Assembly (NCBI GenBank): GCA_002269645.1
Contig: NIVC01000004.1
Location: 248,001 to 312,000, forward strand
DNA: 64,000 nucleotides
Reading direction: 5' to 3'
Source of the DNA: Macrostomum lignano
Taxonomy: Eukaryota
Translations under genes and position numbers: made by a program
Shown here: positions 24,995 through 37,635 of the stretch, in pieces
Layout of the letters: every line of letters begins with the position of its first letter
Position numbering within the stretch: the first letter of the stretch is position 1
Notes under the pieces: model-generated
Told to the model about the DNA's origin: nothing
Databases searched by the model: none
Seen by the model: only the letters and a program-made list of their open reading frames with translations

Positions 24995-27900
24995 ATGAAC
25001 CCCCAGCCTCCGCCAATGCAGCCAAGATCGATAAGCGGATGGCCGCTGCCGCTGGGCTGCAACAGTGCGGAGGCGCTGCCACCTTTCCTGACTGGCGCGG
25101 TGCCACCACTGCCGTTTCCCATCCCGTTCAGCCACCTGCCCGGCATGCAGGCCGATCCACGCCTGCGCGTTGCTGGCCTCGCCAGGCAGGACAGCTTTGA
25201 CGAGGTGGCCAGCGGCGGCAGCAACGCCAGCGCTGGTGTTGGCGGCGGTGGGGTCGGCGGCGGCCCCAGCGGAAGCAGCGCCGGAGGCGGAGCCGCCATG
25301 TCGCACAAGCAGGTCCGCCAGCGCCTCCAGGAGGTCATTCTCAACAAGCAGCGCAACAGGGAGCTGTCAAACTCGCCCCCGGAGTGGGCCTCGCCGCAGA
25401 GCAGCTTTGAGTCGGCCGGGTCTCCGCCCACCCGCTGGCAGGTAGGGCGCTGCCGGTTATGTGCGACCTTCGCTAGCCAGCTGGATAGGGTGTGAAGGCT
25501 GCTCCAGAGAGACGGTGCATATATAGGATCAGATGGAACCGGGGGAGATCGAGAATCCCTTATCCAGATAGACAGAGACAGATTCGCACGAAAATATGAA
25601 ATGAAAATTCCCAACCAGGTGCAGCACACATTCCCACTGCCGGCCGGATCCCCATTGAAGGACTTCCCGCTGCGCAAGACCAGCTCCGAGCCCAACCTGA
25701 AAGTCCGCACGGCCGCCATGCGCCACCAGCGGGGCGCCGCGCTGCTCGACCGGACGGCCAAGCGGCGGCTGCGCTCGCTTCTTGAGCGGTCAGGCATCGG
25801 CAACGCCGCCGCCCCAGCAGCAGCGACAGCCACCGCCGTCTCCTCAGCTGCCAGCGGTGCCTCCGGCCAGTCGGTGGAGTGCCACGCCTCGCTGCCCAAC
25901 TTGGCTGGCCTGAAAGCTCGCCTGAGCATTGCCGCCGCCGCCGCTGCAGCAGCCGGCGCTGGCGGTCCCGCCGCCCTCTGCCGGCCCGCGGAGTCGATGC
26001 CCCGCCGGCGGCCCGGCAAGCAGCTCAGCCGGACCCGGTCGGCGCCGCTGCCGATGCCCGTCTCGGCGGTGAAGGCGCAGCTGCGGCAGAAGGTGCTGCA
26101 CCGGTCCGGCTCCGCCGACGATGCGCCCGCGGGCCCGCAGCCGCCTGGCTCCGCCGCGCCTCCGCCCTGCTGCGCCAGTCACGGAGCTGCTCCTCAGATC
26201 CGCGAGGAGGCCGAAGAGGATGGCCTGGCGATGCTGGAGCGGGCCTGCAGCACCCCGCTGATGCAGCTGCCGTCTCCCATTGCCGAGGAGCGGCCGAACG
26301 ACCTGCTGCCCGCTGCCAGTGGCACCGCGTTGGCCTACGATGAAGGCATGCTGGCGCACCGCTGCCTGTGTAACCAGAGCCGCCTGCACCCGGAGAACCC
26401 GCTCCGCCTGGAGCTGGTCTGGCAGCGGCTGGTCGAGACGGGACTGGCAGCTCGCTGCATGCGCTGTCGGTAAGTGCGCGGCGGTTGGGGATCCGGGATG
26501 TTGGGTGGTTGAGAATTGAGGATCCGGGATGTTGGGTGGTTGAGAATTGAAGATCTGGGAGTTGGGACAAGTGGATCTACAGTAAAATCAATAATATCGT
26601 TCCTTTGCCCCAAAGGTCCCGCAAGGCGACCATCGAGGAGCTGCGCCTGTGCCACGGCGAGATGTACAGCGTGCTGCACGCCACACAGCCGTCGCAGCGT
26701 ACCCGCCTGGACCCGGCCCTGCTGCTGAACTTCAAGTTCGCCCAGCTGCCCTGCGGCGGATTTGGCGTGGACACGGACACGGTGTGGATCGAGGGCGGCA
26801 CCGCCCAGGCCTGCCGGTTGGCCGTCGGCGTCCTGCTGGAGCTCTGCCAGCGCATCGTGCTTGGCGACTGCCGCAACGGCTTGGCGCTCATCCGGCCGCC
26901 CGGCCACCACGCCGAGGACTCGCAGGCCATGGGCTTCTGCTACTTCAACTCCGTGGCCATCGCCGCCCGCAGTCTGGTCCGCTCCGGCCAGGCCGCCCGT
27001 GTCTGCATTGTGGACTGGGACGTCCACCACGGCAACGGCACGCAGTCAGTGTTCTACTCGGACCCCAGCGTGCTGTACATCTCGCTGCACCGCTACGACG
27101 GCGGCGCCTTCTTCCCCGGCTCCGGCGCCGTGGAGGAGATCGGCGAGGGTCCCGGGCTGGGGACCAACATCAACATCGCCTGGTCTGGACAGGTGAGACT
27201 CCTCCAGAGTCCATGCTGGGTTATCTATAGTGGCGAGCCCCTCTAATTAGTCTGCTGTATTGGCCAGCCCCTCTAATTAGCCTGCTGTTGAATTGGCTGT
27301 ATTGGCCAGCCCCTCTAATTAGCCTGCTGTTGAGTGGCTGTATTGGCCAGCCCCTCTAATTAGCCTGCTGTTGAATTGGCTGTATTGGCCAGCCCCTCTA
27401 ATTAGCCTGCTGTTGAGTGGCTGTATTGGCCAGCCCCTCTAATTTCCATGCTATTGAAGCTAGTGTAATAAATCTCCCTTATCTTCCATCAAGCTTCCCA
27501 GTCTCACCTGACCCCTCCCCATCCCGCAGGTGATGGGTGACGCTGAGTACCTTGCCGCATTCCGCGCCATCGTGCTGCCAGTCGTTGCCCAGTTTTCCCC
27601 GACGCTGCTGCTCGTCTCCGCCGGCTTCGACGCCGCCCGCGGGCACCCGTCGAACCTCGGCGGCTACTGCCTGTCACCCGAGGGCTTCGCCCAGCTCACC
27701 GCCCAGCTTATCCGCGCCACCCCCGGCGGCCGCATCGCGCTGGCACTGGAGGGCGGCTACGACCTGGCCACGCTGCCCGACTGTGTGGAGGCCTGCCTCC
27801 GGGTTCTACTCGGCGAGCCCGAGCCCGCCCTGTCCGACGCCGAGAGGCACCGGCGGCCCAACCCGGATGCGGTGGATCTCATCCACCAGGTGGTCCGCCA

Positions 27901-28030
27901 GCAGCGCCAGTTCTGGGGCGACTGCCTCGGCCTGCCAAGCGCCGACACCATCGATATGAGCGTCGAGGAGGCGACGCGGCGGCTGCAGGCGCTGACTGTG
28001 TGCGGTGGTCCCTCGGAGTGCGGGGTGTAG
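24995..28030 (+). CDS. HDAC4: Class IIa histone deacetylase (HDAC4/5/7/9 orthologue), about 771 aa; exons 24995-25441, 25619-26469, 26616-27132, 27530-28030
   Basis: MEF2-binding helix VRQRLQEVILNK; 14-3-3 sites PLRKTSSEPNLK, LSRTRSAPLP and ERACSTP; deacetylase motifs RPPGHHAE, GFCYFNSVAIA, DWDVHHGNGTQ, FFPGSG, SAGFDA and LEGGYD. Splice phases 0, 2, 0 are consistent. An upstream exon is possible. Confidence 0.97.
27230..27445. repeat. About 40-bp minisatellite (ggctgtattggccagcccctctaattagcctgctgttga) in HDAC intron 4
   Basis: About five units seen directly. Confidence 0.9.
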
Positions 28031-28166
28031 AGGGGGGCGGTCCCTCTGAGTGCGGGCGGTCCCTCTGAGTGCGGGATGTTCACTGTATTCTAAAAGTGAC
28101 TATTTTAAGTCGCTGTCACTCCAGTCTGGGACTGATTGCCATATTAGATATGGCAGGCAATAATTC

Positions 28167-31100
28167 CTATTTTTAACTGCTAAAAATAGCCCTTATTGAA
28201 CTCGCATCGGATCCGGGCAGCAGAAAATTTCATCCCATTTCTGTACCCTGAATTCAGTCGAGTGGATCTTATTTAAACAGAATTGTTGCTTTTTAAGTCT
28301 AAATTTAGCAGCAATAAACTCGAGGCCGTCATGAGTTCCAGTTTAGCGCAGCCCATTGTCCCAACTGCTCCCCCATTGTGCGTCCTTAGCTAGCTAGTCT
28401 GCGGCAGCGCGCCCTGGTGCCGCTATTGCTGTTAGTGATTCTGTGAAACTGTTCTAAATTCGGCACCCCCAAGCGCCCGTTTAAATTTCCTGTTGTGTGG
28501 AGGCCTGCGGCGCCTTCGCATCTGGTTATTTATGTGTCTGTCTGCTTATATATAGATTTGTGTTCGTCAGCGCAGATGCCACAGCACATATTGTGTACAG
28601 AACAGTTGCGCAGTCTGTGTGCATTCTCTCTTGTTTTGTGCTCAGCTTTTGACCCCTCTAATTTGCCAGTCAGGCTTTGCCCTCAGCCCGTTCACCGCTT
28701 GTGTTTGTGAATGTCCAATCAGCTGCTTTTTTGTGTCTGGCGCCCGGGCCGCGTAGCTGTAGCCCTCCTTGTACAGCCCCTCCCCTCATCCCTGACTGTC
28801 CGTGCACGCAAGCCAAGGCGCCACAACTGCTCTCTCTCTGCTAAACTTCTCTTGCACGCTTTCGCGGGTCCGCCACGTTTTTTGATTGATTAATTGATTG
28901 ATCGAGAGTATATTTGAACTGACTTTTTGACTATAAGGATTTATTGTTGTGCCGGAGGTAGACACTGCACTTTAATACACTGTCAGCCAGTTCGCGTGAT
29001 CCCTTTTGTGTCCGAGCTGTTAAAAATTTTACACCCGTCTTCTCGGCGTTAATCTTCGCTTTCATTTTTTATCCAACAATCGGGACTGGCTTGCTTCTGA
29101 ATCGACTAAATTTAGCCTGGCCTCCACTGTGCTGACCCGGCCGCTCGCCTGTCTGCCCTCCCGTCCCACTCACAGGCCGGCTAAATTTAGAGCCCGCGGC
29201 CCGCCTTATCCCACTTCCCCAGTCAGCGTCTTCCGTAGCCGCCCTCCCCGTTCGTCTCCGCGGCCTCCTGCTCTGCCCTAATCCCATCTTCCCGCTCTGT
29301 CCCTCCCGCTCCCATCCCCGGGCCGTGCGGACTTGACCAAGGAAGAGAAGCGCGGGCTGGCGAGGCCGGCAGCGGCAAAGGCGGCAGGGTAAGAGGGGAC
29401 AAGTCGGTGTTGACCGCCCTGCGCCGCTCCCACTCTCGCTGGTCCGGCAGGGATTTCTAATTTTAGCTGGCTTGCGACTGGTCGTTAATCCCCCCTCTCT
29501 CTCTCCAGTTCCTCAGAAATCCCACTTCCTAGACACTAAACGGACGGAGGGGGCTCACTTCGCCTCTGCCTGCCTCCCTCCCTCCCTGTATTGGCCCAGC
29601 TGCGCCGTGCGCCTCATCGAGGGAGGGGTCCAGATTCCTTACTGACTGGCTGCAATCCCCCTTGCCGCCGTTGATCCCCGACTCTGTAGCAGTTTCTGAA
29701 CAGAAGCAGCAAGGCAAGACGCGGCTGCCACCCTGCCAGGTCTGCTTCCCCGTCTTCCCCTAGCAGAGAGCCATTCATCCGTCAGTAGCCGCGCAGCGCT
29801 CCGCCTGCAATTCAATGCCTGCTGCACTTCCTACCTTGCGTGTTCAGCTTCCCTAATAAACAGCCAACAATGCTAATGCACTATTCATGCCACTCCCCCC
29901 GCTAGTTTCTCAAACTTGCCGGCTGCTGCTTGAAGCTGAAGCGAAAGTATGAAGCTGACGCGCCTGGACTGCGGGGAGGCACCGTGGCAACTTGGCCGGT
30001 GCCGGCCCGACGGCCCTCACTCATCCATTGGAATGCTGCTGTTCCGCCGGACAGCTAATTGCCCTCCGCAAGCCCTCTGCAGTGCGTCATGTCTGCCTGT
30101 CATACCCGGCTTACAGCATCATCATTATTCCTACGTTTAGCAACGCTTCTTTTCTTCTTCAACTACCCGCTACTTCTGCTGCTGCGGAACGGAGCCAGTG
30201 CAAAAGTTCTGCAATCCACCGGCAGGGCCGGACTCTTGATTGTCCGCGTGGAAGAGCTGAAATAAGAGACTGGCAAACAGGGGTGCGAGGAAGACAAAAG
30301 GCAGCGGAGCAAAGCAACAAAACCCCAGGCCGGTGTCGCTTCACAACCGCGCCTCTCGGCTGCCACTGCGGCGCTCAACTTGGGCGCCCGTCCTCCCGAC
30401 TGCTGGGCGGAAGTCGATCCCCCATGGCTTGTTGTCCCGCCCAAGTTTTCCCCGCATTCCGTGCAGAGGGACGGCTGGGGAGCCTCGGTTTGATGTCACG
30501 GGATTTTGCCGCCGGCTACTCGAGCGCCTTTCCCAGTGTTGATGGGGTGCAGGCACAGCCTGCGGCTCACTTTCACCTGAGCGCACCCCCTGCTGAGAGA
30601 GGCGAACTTAGAGAGGGGATTAATCCCTCCTCGGAGCGGGTTAGGAGAGTCAAAATTCTGGCAGCTCGAGTCAGCGAGATTTTTTATTAATCCGCCCCCC
30701 ACCTCTCCGCCATTCACCTGGCAGCGCCTTGGGCCTCAGCAGGTCTGGCGGGCCCGACTGCTCACGTCAACAGCTCGGGCCGGGATGGAACGGATCGCGT
30801 GTGCAGCTCGGATTCTGGCTAAATTTAGCCAGCCGCATCAATTTCTGCTCGCAGCTTCCCGGTCCAGTTCGTGCTCCCTCTTTTGCAAAAAAATCCCCAT
30901 AGTGGGAAAAGGGATTTGCTCGCCTGTGGCGGCTTAGCCGAGCTGCCGAGGGCGTGAAATCTTTGTCCGCTCTATTTTTAGCAGCAGCCGGGCCCCTGTT
31001 TGACTTCCCCGGTCGAACTTCCTGCCTCCCCACCCCGCCGTGATTAAAGAAACTTTTGCGCCCTCGCGCACTTTGCCCCGTTTTCCACTGTTGCTGTTCG

Positions 31101-31410
31101 GGTTGCCGAATCAATTTAGTAATTAAAAAGAATTTGCCTGCGCGGCAGGAATGCAAATTCTCGAGCACTCAGGCGGACAAAGCGCGGGGGGAGGCAGGCG
31201 GTGTTGCGGGGCCGGTGGCTGCTCGGCTTCGCCCACAGGCTCTGCCCGAGCTGGGCTTCCTTCAATACCTGCCGTCCCTGCTGCCCTGTTTACCCGCGAC
31301 CAGGCCAGCCATCCGGTTGCCATTTTGGGAATTCGCTCGCCGCCTTGGCAGCTGGCAGATCGGGGCTCCATCCGGATCTGGCCCCTGCTTGCCGAGGCCG
31401 CTATAAATAG
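28167..31410. promoter_or_regulatory. Cluster of MEF2 consensus sites CTA(A/T)4TAG; candidate enhancer or promoter region
   Basis: Perfect sites start at 28180, 28299, 29106, 29181, 29457, 30819, 30972 and 31401; a relaxed CTATTTTTAA is at 28167. Flanks are non-repetitive, and CAGCTG/CACCTG E-boxes are interspersed. Confidence 0.6.
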
Positions 31411-31669
31411 ACCCGCTTCCCCTTTCACTCAAAGCACGTTTCCCGGCCTGTTTTTTCTAAATCCAACTCCCCTTTTATCCTGATAGTGCTTCCTGTCTTC
31501 TTTGTCTTTCCCGAATCCTTTTCAGGCTTTGCAGTTCTGCTTCCTTTAATGCCAGCAGCCCGGATTTGTCGCCTCCTTCATCCTCAGATTGCAGCTTCTC
31601 AGCCCAGTCATAGCCTTATAACTCAAATTTCTAGATTAATTAGCCTTCTCAAATCCTCAGATCCTTTCT

Positions 31670-34575
31670 CATCTCCCCAGATTCTCATCTCCCCAGATTC
31701 TCATCTCCCCAGATTCTCATCTCCCCAGATTCTCATCTCCCCAGATTCTCATCTCCCCAGATTCTCATCTCCCCAGATTCTCATCTCCCCAGATTCTCAT
31801 CTCCCCAGATTCTCATCTCCCCAGATTCTCATCTCCCCAAATTCTCATCTCCCCAGATTCTCATCTCCCCAGATTCTCATCTCCCCAAATTCTCATCTCC
31901 CCAGATTCTCATCTCCCCAAATTCTCATCTCCCCAGATTCTCATCTCCCCAGATTCTCATCTCCCCAGATTCTCATCCCCCAGATTCTCATCTCCCCAAA
32001 TTCTCATCTCCCCAGATTCTCATCTCCCCAGATTCTCATCTCCCCAGATTCTCATCTCCCCAGATTCTCATCCCCCCAGATTCTCATCCCCCAGATTCTC
32101 ATCTCCCCAGATTCTCATCCCCCAGATTCTCATCTCCCCAGATTCTCATCTCCCCGAATTCTCATCTCCCCAGATTCTCATCTCCCCAGATTCTCATCTC
32201 CCCAGATTCTCATCTCCCCAGATTCTCATCTCCCCAGATTCTCATCTCCCCAGATTCTCATCTCCCCAGATTCTCATCCCCCAGATTCTCATCTCCCCAA
32301 ATTCTCATCTCCCCAGATTCTCATCTCCCCAGATTCTCATCTCCCCAGATTCTCATCTCCCCAGATTCTCATCTCCCCAGATTCTCATCTCCCCAGATTC
32401 TCATCTCCCCAGATTCTCATCTCCCCAAATTCTCATCTCCCCAGATTCTCATCCCCCAGATTCTCATCTCCCCAAATTCTCATCTCCCCAAATTCTCATC
32501 TCCCCAGATTCTCATCTCCCCAGATTCTCATCCCCCAGATTCTCATCTCCCCAGATTCTCATCTCCCCAGATTCTCATCTCCCCAAATTCTCATCTCCCC
32601 AGATTCTCATCTCCCCAGATTCTCATCCCCCAGATTCTCATCTCCCCAAATTCTCATCTCCCCAGATTCTCATCTCCCCAGATTCTCATCTCCCCAGATT
32701 CTCATCTCCCCAGATTCTCATCTCCCCAGATTCTCATCCCCCAGATTCTCATCTCCCCAAATTCTCATCTCCCCAGATTCTCATCTCCCCAGATTCTCAT
32801 CTCCCCAGATTCTCATCTCCCCAGATTCTCATCTCCCCAGATTCTCATCCCCCAGATTCTCATCTCCCCAGATTCTCATCTCCCCAGATTCTCATCCCCC
32901 AGATTCTCATCTCCCCAGATTCTCATCTCCCCAGATTCTCATCTCCCCAGATTCTCATCTCCCCAGATTCTCATCTCCCCAGATTCTCATCTCCCCAGAT
33001 TCTCATCTCCCCAGATTCTCATCTCCCCAGATTCTCATCTCCCCAGATTCTCATCTCCCCGAATTCTCATCTCCCCAGATTCTCATCTCCCCAGATTCTC
33101 ATCCCCCAGATTCTCATCTCCCCAGATTCTCATCTCCCCAGATTCTCATCCCCCAGATTCTCATCTCCCCAAATTCTCATCTCCCCAGATTCTCATCTCC
33201 CCAGATTCTCATCTCCCCAGATTCTCATCCCCCAGATTCTCATCTCCCCAGATTCTCATCTCCCCAGATTCTCATCTCCCCAGATTCTCATCTCCCCAGA
33301 TTCTCATCTCCCCAAATTCTCATCTCCCCAGATTCTCATCTCCCCAGATTCTCATCCCCCAGATTCTCATCTCCCCAGATTCTCATCTCCCCAGATTCTC
33401 ATCTCCCCAGATTCTCATCTCCCCAAATTCTCATCTCCCCAGATTCTCATCTCCCCAGATTCTCATCTCCCCAGATTCTCATCTCCCCAGATTCTCATCC
33501 CCCAGATTCTCATCTCCCCAAATTCTCATCTCCCCAGATTCTCATCTCCCCAGATTCTCATCTCCCCAGATTCTCATCTCCCCAGATTCTCATCTCCCCA
33601 GATTCTCATCTCCCCAGATTCTCATCCCCCAGATTCTCATCTCCCCAGATTCTCATCTCCCCAGATTCTCATCTCCCCAGATTCTCATCTCCCCAGATTC
33701 TCATCTCCCCAGATTCTCATCTCCCCAGATTCTCATCTCCCCAGATTCTCATCTCCCCAAATTCTCATCTCCCCAGATTCTCATCTCCCCAGATTCTCAT
33801 CTCCCCAGATTCTCATCCCCCAGATTCTCATCTCCCCAGATTCTCATCTCCCCGAATTCTCATCTCCCCAGATTCTCATCTCCCCAGATTCTCATCTCCC
33901 CAGATTCTCATCTCCCCAAATTCTCATCTCCCCAGATTCTCATCTCCCCAGATTCTCATCCCCCAGATTCTCATCTCCCCAGATTCTCATCTCCCCAGAT
34001 TCTCATCTCCCCAGATTCTCATCTCCCCAAATTCTCATCTCCCCAGATTCTCATCTCCCCAGATTCTCATCCCCCAGATTCTCATCTCCCCAGATTCTCA
34101 TCTCCCCAGATTCTCATCTCCCCAGATTCTCATCTCCCCGAATTCTCATCTCCCCAGATTCTCATCTCCCCAGATTCTCATCCCCCAGATTCTCATCTCC
34201 CCAGATTCTCATCCCCCAGATTCTCATCTCCCCAGATTCTCATCTCCCCAGATTCTCATCTCCCCAGATTCTCATCTCCCCAGACTCCCTCTCTCATCTC
34301 TCCAGATCCGCTCTCTCATCTCTCCAGATCCCCTCTCTCATCTCTCCAGATCCCCTCTCTCATCTCTCCAGATCCCCTCTCTCATCTCCCCAGATCCCCT
34401 CTCTCATCTCCCCAGACTCCCTCTCTCATCTCCCCATATCCGCTCTCTCATCTCTCCAGATCCCCTCTCGCATCTCTTCAGATCCCCTCTCTCATCTCTC
34501 CAGATCCCCTCTCTCATCTCCCCAGATCCCCTCTCTCATCTCCCCAGATCCCCTCTCTCATCACCCCAGACCCCC
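31670..34575. repeat. 2.9-kb minisatellite (ccccagattctcatct)n with 14-bp variants, grading into a (ccagatcccctctctcatct)-type unit at the 3' end
   Basis: Seen directly; source of the spurious 1031-aa ORF. Confidence 0.98.
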
Positions 34576-35089
34576 CTTTAATCTGTGCAAGCTCATCGCA
34601 CTCCTGCCACAGTTCGTCAAGCACGCGCCAGCCGAGTTGCCGGGACCGCACCCGGCCGACAACGGCAGGCACTTCAGCCTGCTCCAGTCCTTAATGCCAT
34701 TCCAGGCGAAACTGAAGTGCTGCTGATCAGCCGACAGCCGCGATGGCTGGGCCTGGCTGCTATTTTATTCCTGATCCGCTTATCGGATCCGCAGTCGGCG
34801 CATGCCCCCCCCCCACCCCGGCTTAACCCGGCCGGCCCCGTTTCCTACCTGTTGGTCCTGCATTTGAGAAGGGATTTTTGGGCCAGCTCGGCTGAGTTAC
34901 TGAGATCCCCCCCCGCCTGCGCCCCAGCATCGTGACATGGCGCGTGGGCGGCAGCGCTTGCGTGATGCGTCTTGCCTAAAAACAGTTTTTTTACTTTGCC
35001 GCTCCCACCAGTCAGTTACTTGTTCTGTGTTCTTTTGGAAGGCTTAATAGCACTTTTTGATTCTTCTGTGCGTTCGTGGTTTCCAATTC

Positions 35090-35285
35090 TCTACTCCTCG
35101 CTACGTCTACTCTACTCTACTCTATTTTCTACTCTATTCTACTCTACTCTACTCTACTCTAATCTAATCTAATCTAATCTAATCTAATCTACAATCTACT
35201 CTACTCTACTCTAATCTAATCTAATCTACAATCTACTCTACTCTACTCTGTTTTACTCTACTCTATTCTATTGTACTCTACTCTC
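35090..35285. repeat. Compound pentanucleotide microsatellite (CTCTA)n/(AATCT)n
   Basis: Seen directly. Confidence 0.92.
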
Positions 35286-36353
35286 ATCCAGAATTTGCAT
35301 TATAAGTTGACCTTTTTTGTCCTGTTTCCGAGCTGGGTCAGATCTCCAAGTACGTCAGAAGGCCAATTTCGGTCGGTTTTATTGTCGATGCTTTTTCTAG
35401 TTTCTATTTTTAAAAGGTTTCCACCCCTACTTCTGCTGCGATAGCAGGCAGGCCAGGCCACACACCTGGCTCGCATTGCTGGGACTGTTCAAGCCTTCTA
35501 CACTGGGCGCCATTGTCTATTCATCTCTCTTTACATTTGCAACAAAAAATTCTTAGTGCATTCGAGGTTAAAAGCAGCTGATAAAAGGTGGTCCGAAACG
35601 AGAGACCTCATGTGAACAATTCAATTGCTCTAGCAATGTGATTTCAAAGCCAAACTGTGCGAAATACTGTAGAGTATTGGGACTGCAGCTCTCATTAAAC
35701 ATAGTGTATGTTTACGCTTAGCTTCAAGTTGTACTACTAACAGTAGGCTGTAACAAAAAATTGCTAAGCTGTTGCACGTTATGCATAAATAAATAAGAAG
35801 AATAAAAAATCAAGAGCAGGCAAAATTTACTGCTCGTAATCCCTATCAACCATTTAATCGAAGCTTCTGGTTATTTTTAAATTCCGAAGAAAAATCCACG
35901 CAAATTCGGGTGCTTCCACACCGGAAGCAAAATTATTCTCATGGAGTCTCTTGAAGCAAAATTTTTACTAGAAGCGTGAATTTTAGCAAAGCGGTTTACT
36001 GCTGATTGCTGCAACAGACAACTGAAATTGAAATTTGCGAAGAATGAAATAGGAAAATATGGGTGTCTTTCAACTGTGGGATATTCGGCAGCCTGCAATC
36101 TCATTGAAAAAATGCCCAACAACAGTCAAAAGTTCCAACTACCAAGCAAAGATAATTTTATTTACCTTTTTTGTGCATTACTTTTTAAATGCAGTTTTCT
36201 CTCTAAGTAAGCTGCGTGATTTGCACAGGTGGAACTTTGGACTGTTGCTGAGTTTACAAAAAATCAGAGTGCACAGCTAAATGAACAATTTTTTGAAAAA
36301 CTTGCATTGCAAAATCATGCAGACCAGAGTCTCAGTGGCTAATGCACATGGAA

Positions 36354-37339
36354 GGGGAGCACCCCAACTGCCAGCCGACAACTGCCAGCCGAGAAAACTG
36401 CCAGCCGGAAAACTGCCAGCCGACAACTGCCAGCCGACAACTGCCAGCCGACAATTGTCAACCAAGAAAACTGCCAGCCGGAAAACTGCCAGCCGACAAC
36501 TGCCAGCCGACAAGTTCTAGCTAATTGAATCTACTGTAGCCTACTTATTAGCTAAGTCAAAAGCACGAAACTGTTTGGCTAGCAAAAGGCTTGTGGGGTA
36601 GCATTAAATATCGCCCTTCCCTTCCCTAATTTTTTCAGATTTCCATTAGAAGTATATATGTGAAGGAGAAGGCATTCTGTAATGCCTATTGTAAATATTT
36701 TTGTATTGAAAGTTCATTTACTTTATTATTTAATTTGCGATTGCGATTGCTATATGACGCAATCCTAGAAAAGTCTATTAAATTACTTTACTTAAATAAA
36801 GCTTTCAAAGAAAGAGCAAAGGCTACCTAAAATACGAAATTCGAACCAAGATGTTCCTGCAGGAGCCGAAAGTTGCCAGCTCTGATTCGTTCGCGCACGT
36901 GCCGCACAAGCTTACAAACTTTTGTTGGCGATAAAACAAAACAACTTGTAGCTGGGCTAACTGATTTCTGTAACAATGCAATGGCAACCTGTTTTTGCTG
37001 AATAATTAACTGATTTAATAAATAGTAAACGAAGCTGTCTACTTTCTAGCTAGATCCTGAATGCCATATTGCGGAAGGTGTAGTATACGCCGGAAAATTC
37101 CGGCGTACAAACGCTTTGTCTGGCGTACATCTAGCGTTTTTCTCGCTGGCAGTTTTCCGGCTGGCAGTTGTCGGCTGGCAGTTGTCGGCTGGCAGTTGTC
37201 GGCTGGCAGTTGTCGGCTGGCAGTTTTCTTGGCTGGCAATTGTCGGCTGGCAGTTTTCCGGCTGTCAGTTGTCGACTGGCAGTTGTCGGCTGGCAATTGT
37301 CGGCTGGCAGTTTTCCGGCTGGCAGTTGGGGTGGACCCC
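36354..37339. mobile_element. Unclassified non-autonomous DNA transposon, 986 bp, with inverted subterminal repeat arrays
   Basis: TIRs GGGG(AG/TC)CACCCCAACTGCCAGCCG; (ctgccagccgacaa)n on the left mirrored by (ttgtcggctggcag)n on the right; direct repeat ATGGAA at 36348-36353 and 37340-37345. Confidence 0.85.
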
Positions 37340-37345
37340 ATGGAA

Positions 37346-37635
37346 GTGGGGCGGGGGTATAGAGAGGCCAACCATAAAATCGATAGTCCCGACCACCCCA
37401 CACGCACAGGCGATAAATTGGGGCGGAGGTATAGAGAGGCCAACCATAAAATCGATAGTCCCGGTCACCCCACACGCACAGGCGATAAAGTGGGGCGGAG
37501 GTAATAGAGAGGCCCATCACAAAATCAATAGTCCCGGCCATCCCACACGGACAGGCGATAAAGTGGGGCGGGGGTATAGAGAGGCCAACCATAAAATCGA
37601 TAGTCCCGACCATCCCACCCGCACAGGCGATAAAC
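37346..37635. repeat. About 70-bp tandem repeat, four copies
   Basis: gtggggcgggggtatagagaggccaaccataaaatcgatagtccc...caggcgataaa repeated. Confidence 0.9.

Noticed and set aside
31486-34581. 1031-aa ORF
   Set aside because: It is the translation of a 16-bp minisatellite that lacks stop codons in all plus frames; no domain, splice or codon evidence.
28030-36300. miR-1/miR-133 locus expected near MEF2 sites
   Set aside because: No TGGAATGT or TTGGTCCCCTTCA match found by eye; TGGAATGC at about 30029 has no convincing hairpin.
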